Positions 21,201 to 30,044 of a stretch of 64,000 nt of DNA are shown one piece after another. The stretch is from NCBI GenBank assembly GCA_046757565.1, contig JBHHYN010000002.1, forward strand, positions 15,212-79,211, in the 5' to 3' direction. Source of the DNA: Gammaproteobacteria bacterium (lineage in GTDB: Bacteria > Pseudomonadota > Gammaproteobacteria > Eutrophobiales > Eutrophobiaceae). The notes under the pieces were generated by a model. It saw nothing but the letters and a program-made list of their open reading frames with translations, did not search any database and was not told the DNA's origin. Positions within the stretch are counted from its first letter, which is position 1. The number at the start of each line of letters is the position of its first letter. Position numbers and translations under genes: made by a program.

Positions 21201-22048
21201 ACTCCATTCATGTTTATGGTAAAGAGGATGAGGGATATATACAAAAGCATGGAGAAATCAGGTGGGTCTCGCAGATTTATACTGCACTGGAAAAGGACCG
21301 GTTCCGGCTTTATTTTCAATCCATTGTCCCGCTGCATAACAGTGAAAATGATATTGAACGCTATGAAGTTCTGGTGCGTATGGAAACGGAGAATGGAGAT
21401 CTGATCATGCCGGATCTTTTTATGCCTGCAGCGGAACATTATAATCTGTCGACACGGATCGACCGATGGGTAATCAGCACATTGTTTGGATTGGTCAAGG
21501 ACCTGTCACAAAAGGGTTACAGGATGCCACAGTATTCCATAAATCTGTCAGGCCACTCCATCGGGGACGAAGAACTTCTGAATTTTATCATTCAGCAGTT
21601 TGAAATATCGCACATCCAGCCTGAAAGTATCTGCTTCGAGATCACTGAAACCGTTGCAATAAGTAACCTTACCAGTGCCATGCGTTTCATCAATACCTTG
21701 CGGGATCTGGGTTGTTTGTTTGCCCTGGATGATTTTGGCAGCGGCCTGTCATCATTTGCCTATTTGAAAAACCTACGCGTCGATTATTTAAAAATCGATG
21801 GCTTGTTTATCAGGGATATCACCACTGATCCCGTCAATCTGGCTATTGTGAAATCCATGCTTGAAGTCGGCAAGGCCCTGGGCAAGCAAACGGTCGCTGA
21901 GTATGTGGAGAATAAGAACGTATTGAACATGCTGCGTGACATCGGCGTCGATTACGCCCAGGGAAGTTATGTCTGCGAGGAATTATCATTTGAAGAGATG
22001 GCCCGGCATGGCACATCCAATATCATAGAATTAAACGAGCGGCGATAA
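18230..22048 (+). CDS. Multidomain c-di-GMP signalling protein: REC-PAS(x4)-GAF-PAS-GGDEF-EAL (1272 aa)
   Basis: GGDEF motif RLGGDEFAIL. EAL motifs EITETVA, DDFGSG and KIDG. Multiple PAS modules plus a GAF-like region. Confidence 0.9.
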   Translation: MSLYGTVMMQETIHILMIHDDPAAGHTIRDVLENGLESVRIDEVYSRSRFRQALAASVYDIVLSGASQGSFTGREVIRDLRETGSDIPIILLQETATDRDLDAPGAPGQVDSVGGSSIHLKRLPARIVRIIERKKAEQAIHNQASWQLQRYRHIVDATDDFMAFVDANYIYCAVNQRYLDGFQKGWDEVVGHSVAEIIGADQFENGLKENIDRCMGGERCQYECWIDFPGLGNCLLDISYTPHVGSDGTVTGVIIRGHDLTSQRQAEDAMREGEERLRQYFDAGLVGMAIYSLEDGWVQINDYYCEIVGYSREELVQMTWADFTHPDDREMSAAQFKRILDGEIDRYSMEKRCVRKDGETIYIRISTECSRKKDGTVDYLVGFVQDITEQKKAEQALRRSEQLLRSYYDAGLVGMGLSRPDKGVFQFNDTFCEIMGYPRSELETMTWEDLTHPDDRAACTRQYERVMAGEIDNYSIDKRCVRKDGKIIHVTSSSKCVRKEDGTVEYLVTFVRDITERKLAEEALFRTHRALQVLNECNHSIVHATSGQELINTICRIIVETGGYRFTWVGYAQSNEDRTVYPVASAGYEAGYLDNDFSWREDRERFEPVSEVVGSGKAFIVRDIAAYPVYGSLKNAALERGYRSEIALPLNVGGKAFGALMIYASEADTFDHEEEKLLVRLADDLAYGILSVHTSRKHERAEQALRDSENRYRYLYDENPAMFFTVDTNGMILTVNKFGAQGLGYEVDELTGTSIFDLSYGNHKQLLMEFLQTCLETPGQVHYMEQQKVRKDGSVLWVKEAMRAVADSDGERSIFIVCEDITETRKFSEQLSYQASHDSLTDLINRGAFEKRLKKLLDTIQIDDSQHALCYLDLDQFKIVNDTCGHLAGDELLRQLGMLLQQQIRQRDTVARLGGDEFAILMEHCPVHRAELITGKLIQSIVDFQFIWEDRIFKVGVSAGLVPINRSSGNITEILKNADTACYTAKRQGRNSIHVYGKEDEGYIQKHGEIRWVSQIYTALEKDRFRLYFQSIVPLHNSENDIERYEVLVRMETENGDLIMPDLFMPAAEHYNLSTRIDRWVISTLFGLVKDLSQKGYRMPQYSINLSGHSIGDEELLNFIIQQFEISHIQPESICFEITETVAISNLTSAMRFINTLRDLGCLFALDDFGSGLSSFAYLKNLRVDYLKIDGLFIRDITTDPVNLAIVKSMLEVGKALGKQTVAEYVENKNVLNMLRDIGVDYAQGSYVCEELSFEEMARHGTSNIIELNERR
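19036..19797 (+). repeat. Tandem duplication of a 381-bp PAS-module coding unit inside the GGDEF-EAL gene
   Basis: YFDAGLVGMAIYS...VDYLVGFVQDITEQKKAEQ at 19067 recurs as YYDAGLVGMGLSR...VEYLVTFVRDITERKLAEE exactly 381 nt later at 19448. A third paralogous copy lies in the HK gene at ~12640-13010 (-). Confidence 0.8.
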
Positions 22049-22054
22049 CACGGG

Positions 22055-22167
22055 GAACCCAGAACCCAGAACCCAGAACCCAGAACCCAGAACCCAGAAC
22101 CCAGAACCCTGAACCCAGAACCCAGAACCCAGAACCCAGAACCTTAACCCTTGAACCTTAAACCCTG
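22055..22167. repeat. Heptanucleotide tandem array (AGAACCC)n, ~16 units with degenerate 3' units
   Basis: gaacccagaacccagaaccc... then ctgaaccc, agaacct, taaccct, tgaacct, taaaccc. Fills the 129-bp gap between the stops of two convergent genes. Confidence 0.95.
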
Positions 22168-22177
22168 TTCAATGATT

Positions 22178-23620
22178 TCAGGCGCGGGTACCGCCTACCG
22201 TCAGTTCATCAATCCGGATCGTCGGTTGGCCGACACCAACGGGTACTGACTGGCCATCCTTGCCACAGACGCCGATCCCGGAATCGAGTTGCATATTGTT
22301 ACCAACCATGGTGAGCCGGGTTAATACGTCGGGACCGTTTCCAATGAGGGTGGCGCCTTTAATGGGTCGGGTAAGCCTGCCATGCTCGATGAGCCATGCC
22401 TGGCTGGTGCTGAAGACAAATTTACCGTTGGTGATATCCACCTGTCCGCCGCCGAATTGTGCGGCATAAATACCCTTATCGACCGATTCGATAATCGCCT
22501 CCGGATCATGACTGCCCCCCAGCATGTATGTATTGGTCATGCGTGGCATCGGCAGATGTGCATAGGATTCGCGCCGGCCGTTACCGGTTGGCTGCATTCC
22601 CATCAGGCGTGCGTTGAGTTTGTCCTGCATATAGTTTCGCAGTATGCCGCGTTCAATAAGCGTGGTACATTCGCTTGGCGTACCCTCATCGTCTACCGTT
22701 AAAGAGCCGCGCCGATCTATAATCGTTCCGTCATCAACAACAGTCACTTCCGGTGTTGCAACCCGTTCGCCGATGCGGCCGGAGAAGGCAGAGGTGCCTT
22801 TACGGTTGAAATCCCCTTCCAGACCATGGCCGATGGCTTCATGTAACAGTATTCCCGGCCAGCCGGGACCGAGAACGACGGTCATCGCGCCTGCCGGGGC
22901 GTCCACGGCTTCCAGATTGGTCAATGCCTGGTTAACGGCCTCTTCTACATAACCGGAAAGCGTGTCACCAGAGAGAAAATATTCATAGCCGAAGCGCCCT
23001 CCACCACCGTAGCCGCCTTTCTCCAGGCGGCCGTTTTGTTCCACGATTACATTCACATTAAGACGTACCAGGGGCCGTACATCGGCTGAAAAATTAGCGT
23101 CTGCATCGGCAATGAGTACGGTTGTATACTGGCCGCTCAGTGAGGTAATCACCTGTGTTACCCGTGGATCCTTTTTTCTGGCCAGCTCATCGACTGATCG
23201 TAACAGCGCTACCTTCTGTTCTGAACTGATTGAGTCGAATGGATCACTGGCTGAATAGAATGAAACGGGATTTTTCCGTTGCCACGCCTGTAACCGCCCT
23301 TCGCCACCACTCGCCGCGATGGCGCGCGCTGTTCTGGCCGCATTCGTGAGCGCCGGCAGCACGATCTCGTCGGAATAGGCGAAACCGGTCTTGTCGCCAC
23401 TGATAGCGCGTACGCCGACACCCTGATCGATACTGTGGGACCCTTCCTTGACGATGCCGTCTTCAAGTATCCATGATTCAGAGCGGGACAATTCAAAAAA
23501 CAGATCGGCCTGATCGATGCCGGGCGATAGCAGTTGACCCAGTGTTTTCTGAATGTCGGTAACCTCCAGACCTACCGGGCCAAGAAGCGTTTGCTGTGCA
23601 ATCTCCAGGGCGTTGTTCAT
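22178..23620 (-). CDS. tldD: Metalloprotease TldD
   Basis: 480 aa. Full-length TldD-like sequence (N-terminus [13 protein letters not shown]...DLFFELS..., HEAIGHGLE region). Confidence 0.9.
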   Translation of the reverse strand: MNNALEIAQQTLLGPVGLEVTDIQKTLGQLLSPGIDQADLFFELSRSESWILEDGIVKEGSHSIDQGVGVRAISGDKTGFAYSDEIVLPALTNAARTARAIAASGGEGRLQAWQRKNPVSFYSASDPFDSISSEQKVALLRSVDELARKKDPRVTQVITSLSGQYTTVLIADADANFSADVRPLVRLNVNVIVEQNGRLEKGGYGGGGRFGYEYFLSGDTLSGYVEEAVNQALTNLEAVDAPAGAMTVVLGPGWPGILLHEAIGHGLEGDFNRKGTSAFSGRIGERVATPEVTVVDDGTIIDRRGSLTVDDEGTPSECTTLIERGILRNYMQDKLNARLMGMQPTGNGRRESYAHLPMPRMTNTYMLGGSHDPEAIIESVDKGIYAAQFGGGQVDITNGKFVFSTSQAWLIEHGRLTRPIKGATLIGNGPDVLTRLTMVGNNMQLDSGIGVCGKDGQSVPVGVGQPTIRIDELTVGGTRA

Positions 23621-23623
23621 TAT

Positions 23624-24490
23624 TTACTGGATTAGTTTTTTATGCTGCAGCACCGGAAATGAGGCGCGCAACTCCTGTTGACGGCCCAGATCGAGATCCG
23701 CACACACGATGCCGGGACCTTTTTCCAGGGAACCGAGGACCTCGCCCCAGGGATCAATAATCATGCTATGGCCCCAGGTGAAACGCTTCTCTGTATGTTG
23801 ACCGCCCTGATTCGGGGCAATGACGAAACAGAGGTTTTCAATGGCGCGGGTGCGTAGCATGGTCTTCCAATGGCGCCTGCCAGTCGTTTCCGTAAAGGCC
23901 GCAGGAATAGTAATGATGGAAACATCCTGATCGATCATATTACGGTACAGCTCGGGGAAACGGAGGTCGTAGCAGATAGACATGCCGATATTTGCAAACG
24001 GGGTCGCAGCGATGATGATATTGTTCCCGGCCATGATAGTATTGGATTCATTGTAGGATTCATCGGATTCACTGTTAACACAGACATCAAACAGGTGCAT
24101 CTTGTCGTAACGTGCAACACATTCACCTTCAGGATTAAACAGCAAACAGCTGTTATAGATATGCTCTTCCTGTTCGCTTTCCAGCGGAATCGATCCTCCC
24201 ATTAACCAGATCCCCTGCTGTCTGGCATTGTCAGCCAGAAATTCCTGTAACGGTCCGTTGCCGTAAGGTTCCCGGTAGCGCAATTTGACTGTTTCGTCAT
24301 CGCTCAGGACAGGGAAGTACTCCGGAAGAACGGCCAGTTTCGCACCCTGGCCGGCTGCTTGCGCAATCAATGTCCGGGCACTGTCCAGATTTGCATCGAC
24401 ATCGACTGTTGAGACCATCTGAATGGCAGCGACACGTATCGTGTTAGTCATAAGCATAGTATACGGTAGATGGGTTTCCGGATACAGCAT
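23624..24490 (-). CDS. Carbon-nitrogen hydrolase family protein (nitrilase/omega-amidase-like)
   Basis: IRVAAIQM...LAVLPEYF...C in ICYDLRFPE: the Glu-Lys-Cys triad context of CN hydrolases. Adjacent to tldD as in many proteobacteria. Confidence 0.8.
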   Translation of the reverse strand: MLYPETHLPYTMLMTNTIRVAAIQMVSTVDVDANLDSARTLIAQAAGQGAKLAVLPEYFPVLSDDETVKLRYREPYGNGPLQEFLADNARQQGIWLMGGSIPLESEQEEHIYNSCLLFNPEGECVARYDKMHLFDVCVNSESDESYNESNTIMAGNNIIIAATPFANIGMSICYDLRFPELYRNMIDQDVSIITIPAAFTETTGRRHWKTMLRTRAIENLCFVIAPNQGGQHTEKRFTWGHSMIIDPWGEVLGSLEKGPGIVCADLDLGRQQELRASFPVLQHKKLIQ

Positions 24491-24580
24491 ACCGGGACTC
24501 AGGCACGATGCATGCTGGAGATTACTGTATCCCCATGACGGAATCCTTTATAATCCGGTCTCCTTTGAATTCATGTTATT

Positions 24581-25792
24581 TTGCCAGGTCAAGTGAGCGA
24601 AGAATTTCCAAGAATCGAACGATTACCTCCGTATGTGTTCAACATCGTTAATGATTTGAAGATGAAGGAGCGTCATCGTGGCGAAGATATCATTGATTTC
24701 GGTATGGGTAATCCGGACCAGCCTGCACCGGGCCACGTTGTCGATAAACTTGTCGAGGTGGCCTCCCGTAAGGATACCCACCGTTATTCCATGTCACGCG
24801 GTATTCCCAGACTGCGCAGGGCAATCTGCAACTGGTACAAACAACGCTTTGATGTCGATCTGGATGAGGAGACGGAAGCGATCGTTACCCTTGGTTCAAA
24901 GGAGGGTCTTGCGCATCTGGCCCTGGCCATCATGGATAGAGGTGATGCAGTGCTGGTCCCCAACCCCGCCTACCCCATCCATCCATTTGGTTTTATTATC
25001 GCCGGTGCGGATGTCCGCCATGTGCCGATCGGTCCGGGTATTGATTTCTTTGCTGAATTGGAAAATGCTATTCGTAATACCTGGCCCAGGCCGAAGTTGC
25101 TGCTACTTAATTTTCCCAGCAATCCGACCACGCAATGCGTGGAGTTGCCTTTTTTTGAGAAGATCATTGAGTTTGCCGATGAATATGGAATCTGGGTCGT
25201 ACAGGATCTGGCCTATGCGGATATCGTATTTGATGGCTACCGGGCGCCTTCCATCCTGCAAGTAAATGGCGCCAAGGAACTGGCCGTGGAGTTTTTCTCT
25301 CTCTCCAAGAGTTACAATATGCCAGGTTGGCGGGTCGGCTTCATGGTCGGATCTCCAGTGCTTGTCAATGCCCTGGCAAGGCTGAAATCCTATCTGGATT
25401 ATGGCATGTTTACTCCGATCCAGGTTGCGGCCATCACTGCCCTGGAGGGCGAGCAACGGTGTGTGCTTGAAATCCGGGATCGTTACCGCAAGCGCCGGGA
25501 TGTTTTATGCGATGGATTAAATTCCCTTGGTTGGGAGATAGAGAAACCCAAAGCAACCATGTTTGTGTGGGCGCCAATCCCCGAGCAGTATCGGCATCTC
25601 GGCTCGTTGGAATTTGCCAAGAAATTGCTGTTGGAGGCCAGGGTTGCCGTCTCGCCCGGGATAGGATTCGGGGAATACGGAGATAATTATGTCCGCTTTG
25701 CACTGATCGAAAATGAACACAGGACCCGCCAGGCCATAAGGGGGATACGCACCATGCTAAAGCATGATGATCTGATCGCAAACGAGGCATAA
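24581..25792 (+). CDS. Class I/II PLP-dependent aminotransferase (AlaA/AlaC-like)
   Basis: 403 aa. LPPYVF..., NPxNP, and the [14 protein letters not shown] lysine region typical of fold-type I aminotransferases. Confidence 0.8.
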   Translation: MPGQVSEEFPRIERLPPYVFNIVNDLKMKERHRGEDIIDFGMGNPDQPAPGHVVDKLVEVASRKDTHRYSMSRGIPRLRRAICNWYKQRFDVDLDEETEAIVTLGSKEGLAHLALAIMDRGDAVLVPNPAYPIHPFGFIIAGADVRHVPIGPGIDFFAELENAIRNTWPRPKLLLLNFPSNPTTQCVELPFFEKIIEFADEYGIWVVQDLAYADIVFDGYRAPSILQVNGAKELAVEFFSLSKSYNMPGWRVGFMVGSPVLVNALARLKSYLDYGMFTPIQVAAITALEGEQRCVLEIRDRYRKRRDVLCDGLNSLGWEIEKPKATMFVWAPIPEQYRHLGSLEFAKKLLLEARVAVSPGIGFGEYGDNYVRFALIENEHRTRQAIRGIRTMLKHDDLIANEA

Positions 25793-25840
25793 CGCCGAAC
25801 CGTTATTCGTTTCCTGATCCCTCTGTACGAACAGCTAAAT

Positions 25841-25887
25841 AGAACCTTGAACCTTGAACGTTGAACGTTGAACCAGGAACCTTGACA
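25841..25887. repeat. Heptamer tandem repeat (TGAACCT/TGAACGT) x ~6.5 upstream of hom
   Basis: agaaccttgaaccttgaacgttgaacgttgaaccaggaaccttga. Same GAACC core as the arrays at 7664 and 22055. Confidence 0.9.
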
Positions 25888-25889
25888 TC

Positions 25890-27203
25890 ATGGATCCAGT
25901 AAAAGTTGGTTTGTTGGGTTTAGGAACCGTAGGCGGTGGCACGGTAACTGTGTTGACCCGTAATGCCGATGAGATCACACGCCGTGCCGGCCGTGGTATA
26001 CGCATCAGTCATGCCGCGGCAAAGGAGTATGATGCGGATGCCATATCGGGATTGGACCAAATCGACAGGATCACGGACGATGCCTTCGATGTAGTCAATA
26101 ACCCCGAGGTGGAAATTATTATCGAACTGATTGGAGGTTACTCACCAGCCCTGGATTTGGTACTCAAGGCCATAGACAATGGCAAGCATGTGGTGACCGC
26201 CAACAAGGCGCTGATTGCCAAACATGGCAACGAGATCTTTGCCGCCGCTCAGGAGAGGGATGTCATGGTGGCCTTTGAGGCGGCCGTAGCCGGGGGTATC
26301 CCCATCATCAAGGCGGTGCGCGAAGGGCTTGCGGCAAATGAGATTGAATGGGCAGCGGGCATCATCAATGGCACCGGCAATTTTATCCTCACCGAGATGC
26401 GGGAGAAAAGCCGGGATTTCAGTGACGTTCTTAAAGAGGCCCAGTCCCTGGGTTATGCCGAGGCCGATCCCACATTCGATGTGGAAGGTATCGACGCCGC
26501 CCATAAGCTTACTATTCTCAGTTCCATTGCCTTCGGTATTCCGCTGCAATTGGAGAAGACCTATACCGAGGGAATCAGCGGCATCGAGCAGCAGGATGTT
26601 GCCTACGCAGACGAACTAGGTTACCGCATCAAGCATCTGGGTATTACGCGTAAGACCGATAACGGCATAGAGTTACGTGTCCATCCCACCCTTATCCCCG
26701 AACGGCGTCTGATCGCTCACGTAGACGGTGTCATGAATGCCGTGCAGGTAAAAGGCGATGCGGTCGGGCCGACCTTGTATTATGGCGCCGGTGCCGGTTC
26801 GCTGCCTACGGCCTCGGCGGTGGTGGCGGACCTGGTGGATGTGACGCGGGCGTTGACTTCGGATCCTGAGAATCGCGTTCCCCATCTTGCCTTCCAGCCC
26901 CATGCCCTGGCCGACACCCGGGTCCTCCCTATGGAGGAGGTGGAGACCGCCTGCTATCTGCGCATGCAGGTTGTGGATCGTCCCGGTGTCCTCGCCGAGG
27001 TGACCCGGATACTGGGCGATCTGGAGATCAGTATCGAGGCCATCATTCAAAAGGAGCCAATGGCGGGTGCGAGCCATGTGCCGGTTATATTCCTCACGCA
27101 GCGCATTCAGGAAAAGAATATGAATGCAGCCATCCGGGGGATCGAGAAGTTGAACAGTATTGACGGCCGCGTCGTGCGTATACGGCGGGAGAGTCTGGAG
27201 TAG
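25890..27203 (+). CDS. hom: Homoserine dehydrogenase (with C-terminal ACT domain)
   Basis: VGLLGLGTVGGG NAD-binding motif, a central catalytic domain and a C-terminal ACT domain. hom-thrC operon. Confidence 0.92.
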   Translation: MDPVKVGLLGLGTVGGGTVTVLTRNADEITRRAGRGIRISHAAAKEYDADAISGLDQIDRITDDAFDVVNNPEVEIIIELIGGYSPALDLVLKAIDNGKHVVTANKALIAKHGNEIFAAAQERDVMVAFEAAVAGGIPIIKAVREGLAANEIEWAAGIINGTGNFILTEMREKSRDFSDVLKEAQSLGYAEADPTFDVEGIDAAHKLTILSSIAFGIPLQLEKTYTEGISGIEQQDVAYADELGYRIKHLGITRKTDNGIELRVHPTLIPERRLIAHVDGVMNAVQVKGDAVGPTLYYGAGAGSLPTASAVVADLVDVTRALTSDPENRVPHLAFQPHALADTRVLPMEEVETACYLRMQVVDRPGVLAEVTRILGDLEISIEAIIQKEPMAGASHVPVIFLTQRIQEKNMNAAIRGIEKLNSIDGRVVRIRRESLE

Positions 27204-27220
27204 GAAGGCGATGCATCATT

Positions 27221-28351
27221 ATGACAAGACCTCAATATTATACAGGACTTATAGAACGTTACCGTAACCGCTTACCCATTGATGATGAAGCACGGGTTAT
27301 CAGTCTGGGTGAGGGCAATACTCCGCTTATCCGCCTGCACAATATCCCTTCGTTGTTCGATAAGGAAATCGAGATCTATGTTAAATACGAGGGCCTGAAT
27401 CCGACCGGCTCCTTCAAGGACAGGGGTATGACCATGGCCGTGACACAGGCCTGCGCAGCGGGATCGCGGGCGATCATCTGCGCCTCGACCGGTAATACTT
27501 CGGCCTCGGCCGCCGCCTATGCCGCCCGTGCCGGGATTACGGCGTTTGTGGTGATCCCGGATGGCAAGATCGCCCTGGGCAAACTTGCCCAGGCGATGAT
27601 GGAAGGTGCGGTGGTCATTCAAATCAAGGGGAATTTCGATGACGGTATGCGTCTGGTCAAGGAGGTAGCGGAGCACGCCCCCGTAACTATTGTGAACTCG
27701 ATCAATCCCTATCGCCTGCAGGGACAGAAAACCGCTGCCTTCGAGGTAATCGATGAACTGGGAAGGGCGCCTGATTTTCATTGTCTACCGGTCGGTAATG
27801 CCGGCAATATTACCGCTTACTGGATTGGATACAGTGAATATGCGTGTACCGATACAAAGGCGTGTCTCTATTGTCGGGGAGTGTGCCGCTACCGGCAGGA
27901 GGCATTAGTCAACGGACGCCCGAAGATGCTGGGTTATCAGGCCAGCGGTGCAGCGCCTTTTCTGCGCGGGCAGATGGTTGATGAACCGGAAACCGTGGCC
28001 ACGGCAATTCGTATCGGGCACCCCCAGTCATGGGACCTGGCCTGGCATGCCAGCCGGGAATCCGGTGGCTGGTTCGATGAATTTTCCGATGCAGAAATCC
28101 TGTCAGTCCAGAAGCTGTTGGCTGAAAAGGAAGGTATTTTCTGCGAGCCGGCCTCGGCGGTTTCTGTGGCCGGGGCGATACGGGACATTGAACGGGATCG
28201 TATCCCGGAGCATAGCTGCGTCGTCTGTACCTTGACGGGACATGGCTTGAAAGATCCGGATACGGCGATAAAACAGAGTACCGCGCCGATGTTAAAGGTT
28301 GCGGCCACACTTGCTGAGGTCAAACAGGCCCTGCTCGATAATATTCCGTGA
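27221..28351 (+). CDS. thrC: Threonine synthase (short type)
   Basis: GNTPLIRL...SFKDRGMT PLP-lysine motif. Carries a ~14-aa Cys-rich insertion (CTDTKACLYCRGVCRYRQ) relative to typical short ThrC. Confidence 0.92.
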   Translation: MTRPQYYTGLIERYRNRLPIDDEARVISLGEGNTPLIRLHNIPSLFDKEIEIYVKYEGLNPTGSFKDRGMTMAVTQACAAGSRAIICASTGNTSASAAAYAARAGITAFVVIPDGKIALGKLAQAMMEGAVVIQIKGNFDDGMRLVKEVAEHAPVTIVNSINPYRLQGQKTAAFEVIDELGRAPDFHCLPVGNAGNITAYWIGYSEYACTDTKACLYCRGVCRYRQEALVNGRPKMLGYQASGAAPFLRGQMVDEPETVATAIRIGHPQSWDLAWHASRESGGWFDEFSDAEILSVQKLLAEKEGIFCEPASAVSVAGAIRDIERDRIPEHSCVVCTLTGHGLKDPDTAIKQSTAPMLKVAATLAEVKQALLDNIP

Positions 28352-28405
28352 ACGGAAAGGTGGAATCCGTGGTCCGGCCATCATCACCCGGGCAACGCAG
28401 CCCGC

Positions 28406-29425
28406 ATGGGTAAGCTGACTATTCTGATCCCGGGTCTGTTTGGTCCCTTTCAAGGGGTGACAAAGGAGGATGTTCCCCGCTTCCCTGCACTGGAATCATT
28501 GTTGGCGAAAGCCGGCAGGAAAAGGCGGATCGGCAGCACGTTTTATACATCGCTCTGTCATCTGTTCGGCCTGGAGAAATTTCCGGGTCAGGATCTGCCG
28601 GTCGCGGCCCTGACCCGTCTGCTCGATGATCAGGAACGGCCTGAGGGGATCTGGACGCGTATTGACCCGGTTCATCTGAGCGCCGGCAGGGAAGGGTTAA
28701 CGCTGATGGACGCCACTCTGTTTACCCTCAGCCAGCACGATGCCATCATATTGGGCGCCCCGTTAAAACAGCTCTTTGCCGGTCAGGGCTGGATGTTTGA
28801 AATCCCCGTAGCCAAGCGCTGGTATCTGCGCGTTAAGGAGCATCCAGAGATAACTACTACCGAGATTAACGAAGCTGCCGGCCGCAGTGTTCAGCCACTC
28901 ATGCCTGCCGGTGCAGGGCAAATGGGCTGGGCCCGGTTACTCAATGAGGCGCAGATGCTGTTGCATGACAGCGAGGTCAATCGTGAACGGGAAAAACGGG
29001 GAGAACTGACCATTAACAGCCTGTGGCTGTGGGGCATCGGTCAACTACCGGAAATCCTTCCAAGAAAGTGGTCGATGCTGATCAGCGATGACCCCGTCGC
29101 GCAGGGGCTCGCGATGTTATCGGGGACGCCTTTTACAAGTTTGCAAATTGATGCTGAAGAAATCATCCATGGCGCCGATAACACAGGCGAGGTACTCATT
29201 GTTATCGTAACGGCACAGGCCCATTCCAGTTATGGGGATTTCTGTGCCTGGCGGAGGGAACTCGAAGACCTTGAACACCACTGGTTTACACCGATAGTGA
29301 AGGCCCTGGAAGAAGACAGGATGAAGCAACTGACTATCCTTACGAATAATAACGAGTTTACCTGTACCAGGCGGACATTATTGAAATTCTGGCGGCGGCA
29401 GCGGAGATTACTGGATTATGAATAA
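28406..29425 (+). CDS. Conserved hypothetical protein (339 aa)
   Basis: Long ORF with coding-like composition downstream of thrC. No motif I can assign. Confidence 0.5.
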   Translation: MGKLTILIPGLFGPFQGVTKEDVPRFPALESLLAKAGRKRRIGSTFYTSLCHLFGLEKFPGQDLPVAALTRLLDDQERPEGIWTRIDPVHLSAGREGLTLMDATLFTLSQHDAIILGAPLKQLFAGQGWMFEIPVAKRWYLRVKEHPEITTTEINEAAGRSVQPLMPAGAGQMGWARLLNEAQMLLHDSEVNREREKRGELTINSLWLWGIGQLPEILPRKWSMLISDDPVAQGLAMLSGTPFTSLQIDAEEIIHGADNTGEVLIVIVTAQAHSSYGDFCAWRRELEDLEHHWFTPIVKALEEDRMKQLTILTNNNEFTCTRRTLLKFWRRQRRLLDYE

Positions 29426-29472
29426 TAGTCTGTCGAACATAGAACGGCATAGGCCATAATGGAGGAAAATTT

Positions 29473-29868
29473 GTGAGTACGGATCTTAATCCCACGATGG
29501 CCAACAAGGCTATCCTGATCGTTGATGACCAGGGGTATTTACGCCAATTGATAAGGACTTCTCTGGGATCACAAGGATTTACCAACCTTATGGAGGCCAG
29601 TGATGGTATGAATGCCTCCAGAATGCTGGAAAAGAACAAGGTAGACCTTGTTATTTGTGACTGGGAGATGCCAAATATGGACGGCATGGAACTGTTCGCG
29701 GACCTGCAGAAAAAAACAGGACTCAAGGATACGCCTTTTATCCTGCTCACAAAGCATGGGGATAAAGGTAAAGTAACCAGGGCCATTGGCGCCGGCATTA
29801 AAAATTATATCGTCAAGCCGTTTACGCCGGAGATTATTATCGGTAAGGTGATGGATATATTACAGTGA
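29473..29868 (+). CDS. CheY-like single-domain response regulator
   Basis: ILIVDDQ, LVICDWEMPNMDG, FILLTKHGD, YIVKPF: all canonical receiver residues present. Confidence 0.88.
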   Translation: MSTDLNPTMANKAILIVDDQGYLRQLIRTSLGSQGFTNLMEASDGMNASRMLEKNKVDLVICDWEMPNMDGMELFADLQKKTGLKDTPFILLTKHGDKGKVTRAIGAGIKNYIVKPFTPEIIIGKVMDILQ

Positions 29869-29883
29869 CGCCATAGAAAGAGG

Positions 29884-29942
29884 GCGAGGCAGTCGGGAGT
29901 GGAGAGTCATGGGTCCTGAGTCAAGAGTCGGGAGTCATGGCG
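29884..29942. repeat. Degenerate heptamer array (NNNGAGT) x ~8 after the CheY-like gene
   Basis: aggcagt cgggagt ggagagt catgggt cctgagt caagagt cgggagt catggcg, a 7-nt periodicity of GAGT. Confidence 0.6.
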
Positions 29943-30044
29943 GCTAGTTTTTGAACAATCACACAACTCAAGGCTTATGAGCCGTGATGCATGATTCACT
30001 GAATAGGCTTCATGTTTAATATTTCACGGCTATAATGGCGCGCC

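Noticed and set aside
22055-22167. Heptamer arrays as CRISPR arrays
   Set aside because: The units are 7 nt with no spacers and no cas genes. They are simple tandem repeats, not CRISPR.
28406-29425. Assigning the post-thrC ORF as a cofactor-independent phosphoglycerate mutase (a gene sometimes found beside hom/thrC)
   Set aside because: The N-terminus LTILIPGLFGP superficially resembles the metalloenzyme-family start, but it lacks the DG.GD motif and the rest does not match. Left as hypothetical.
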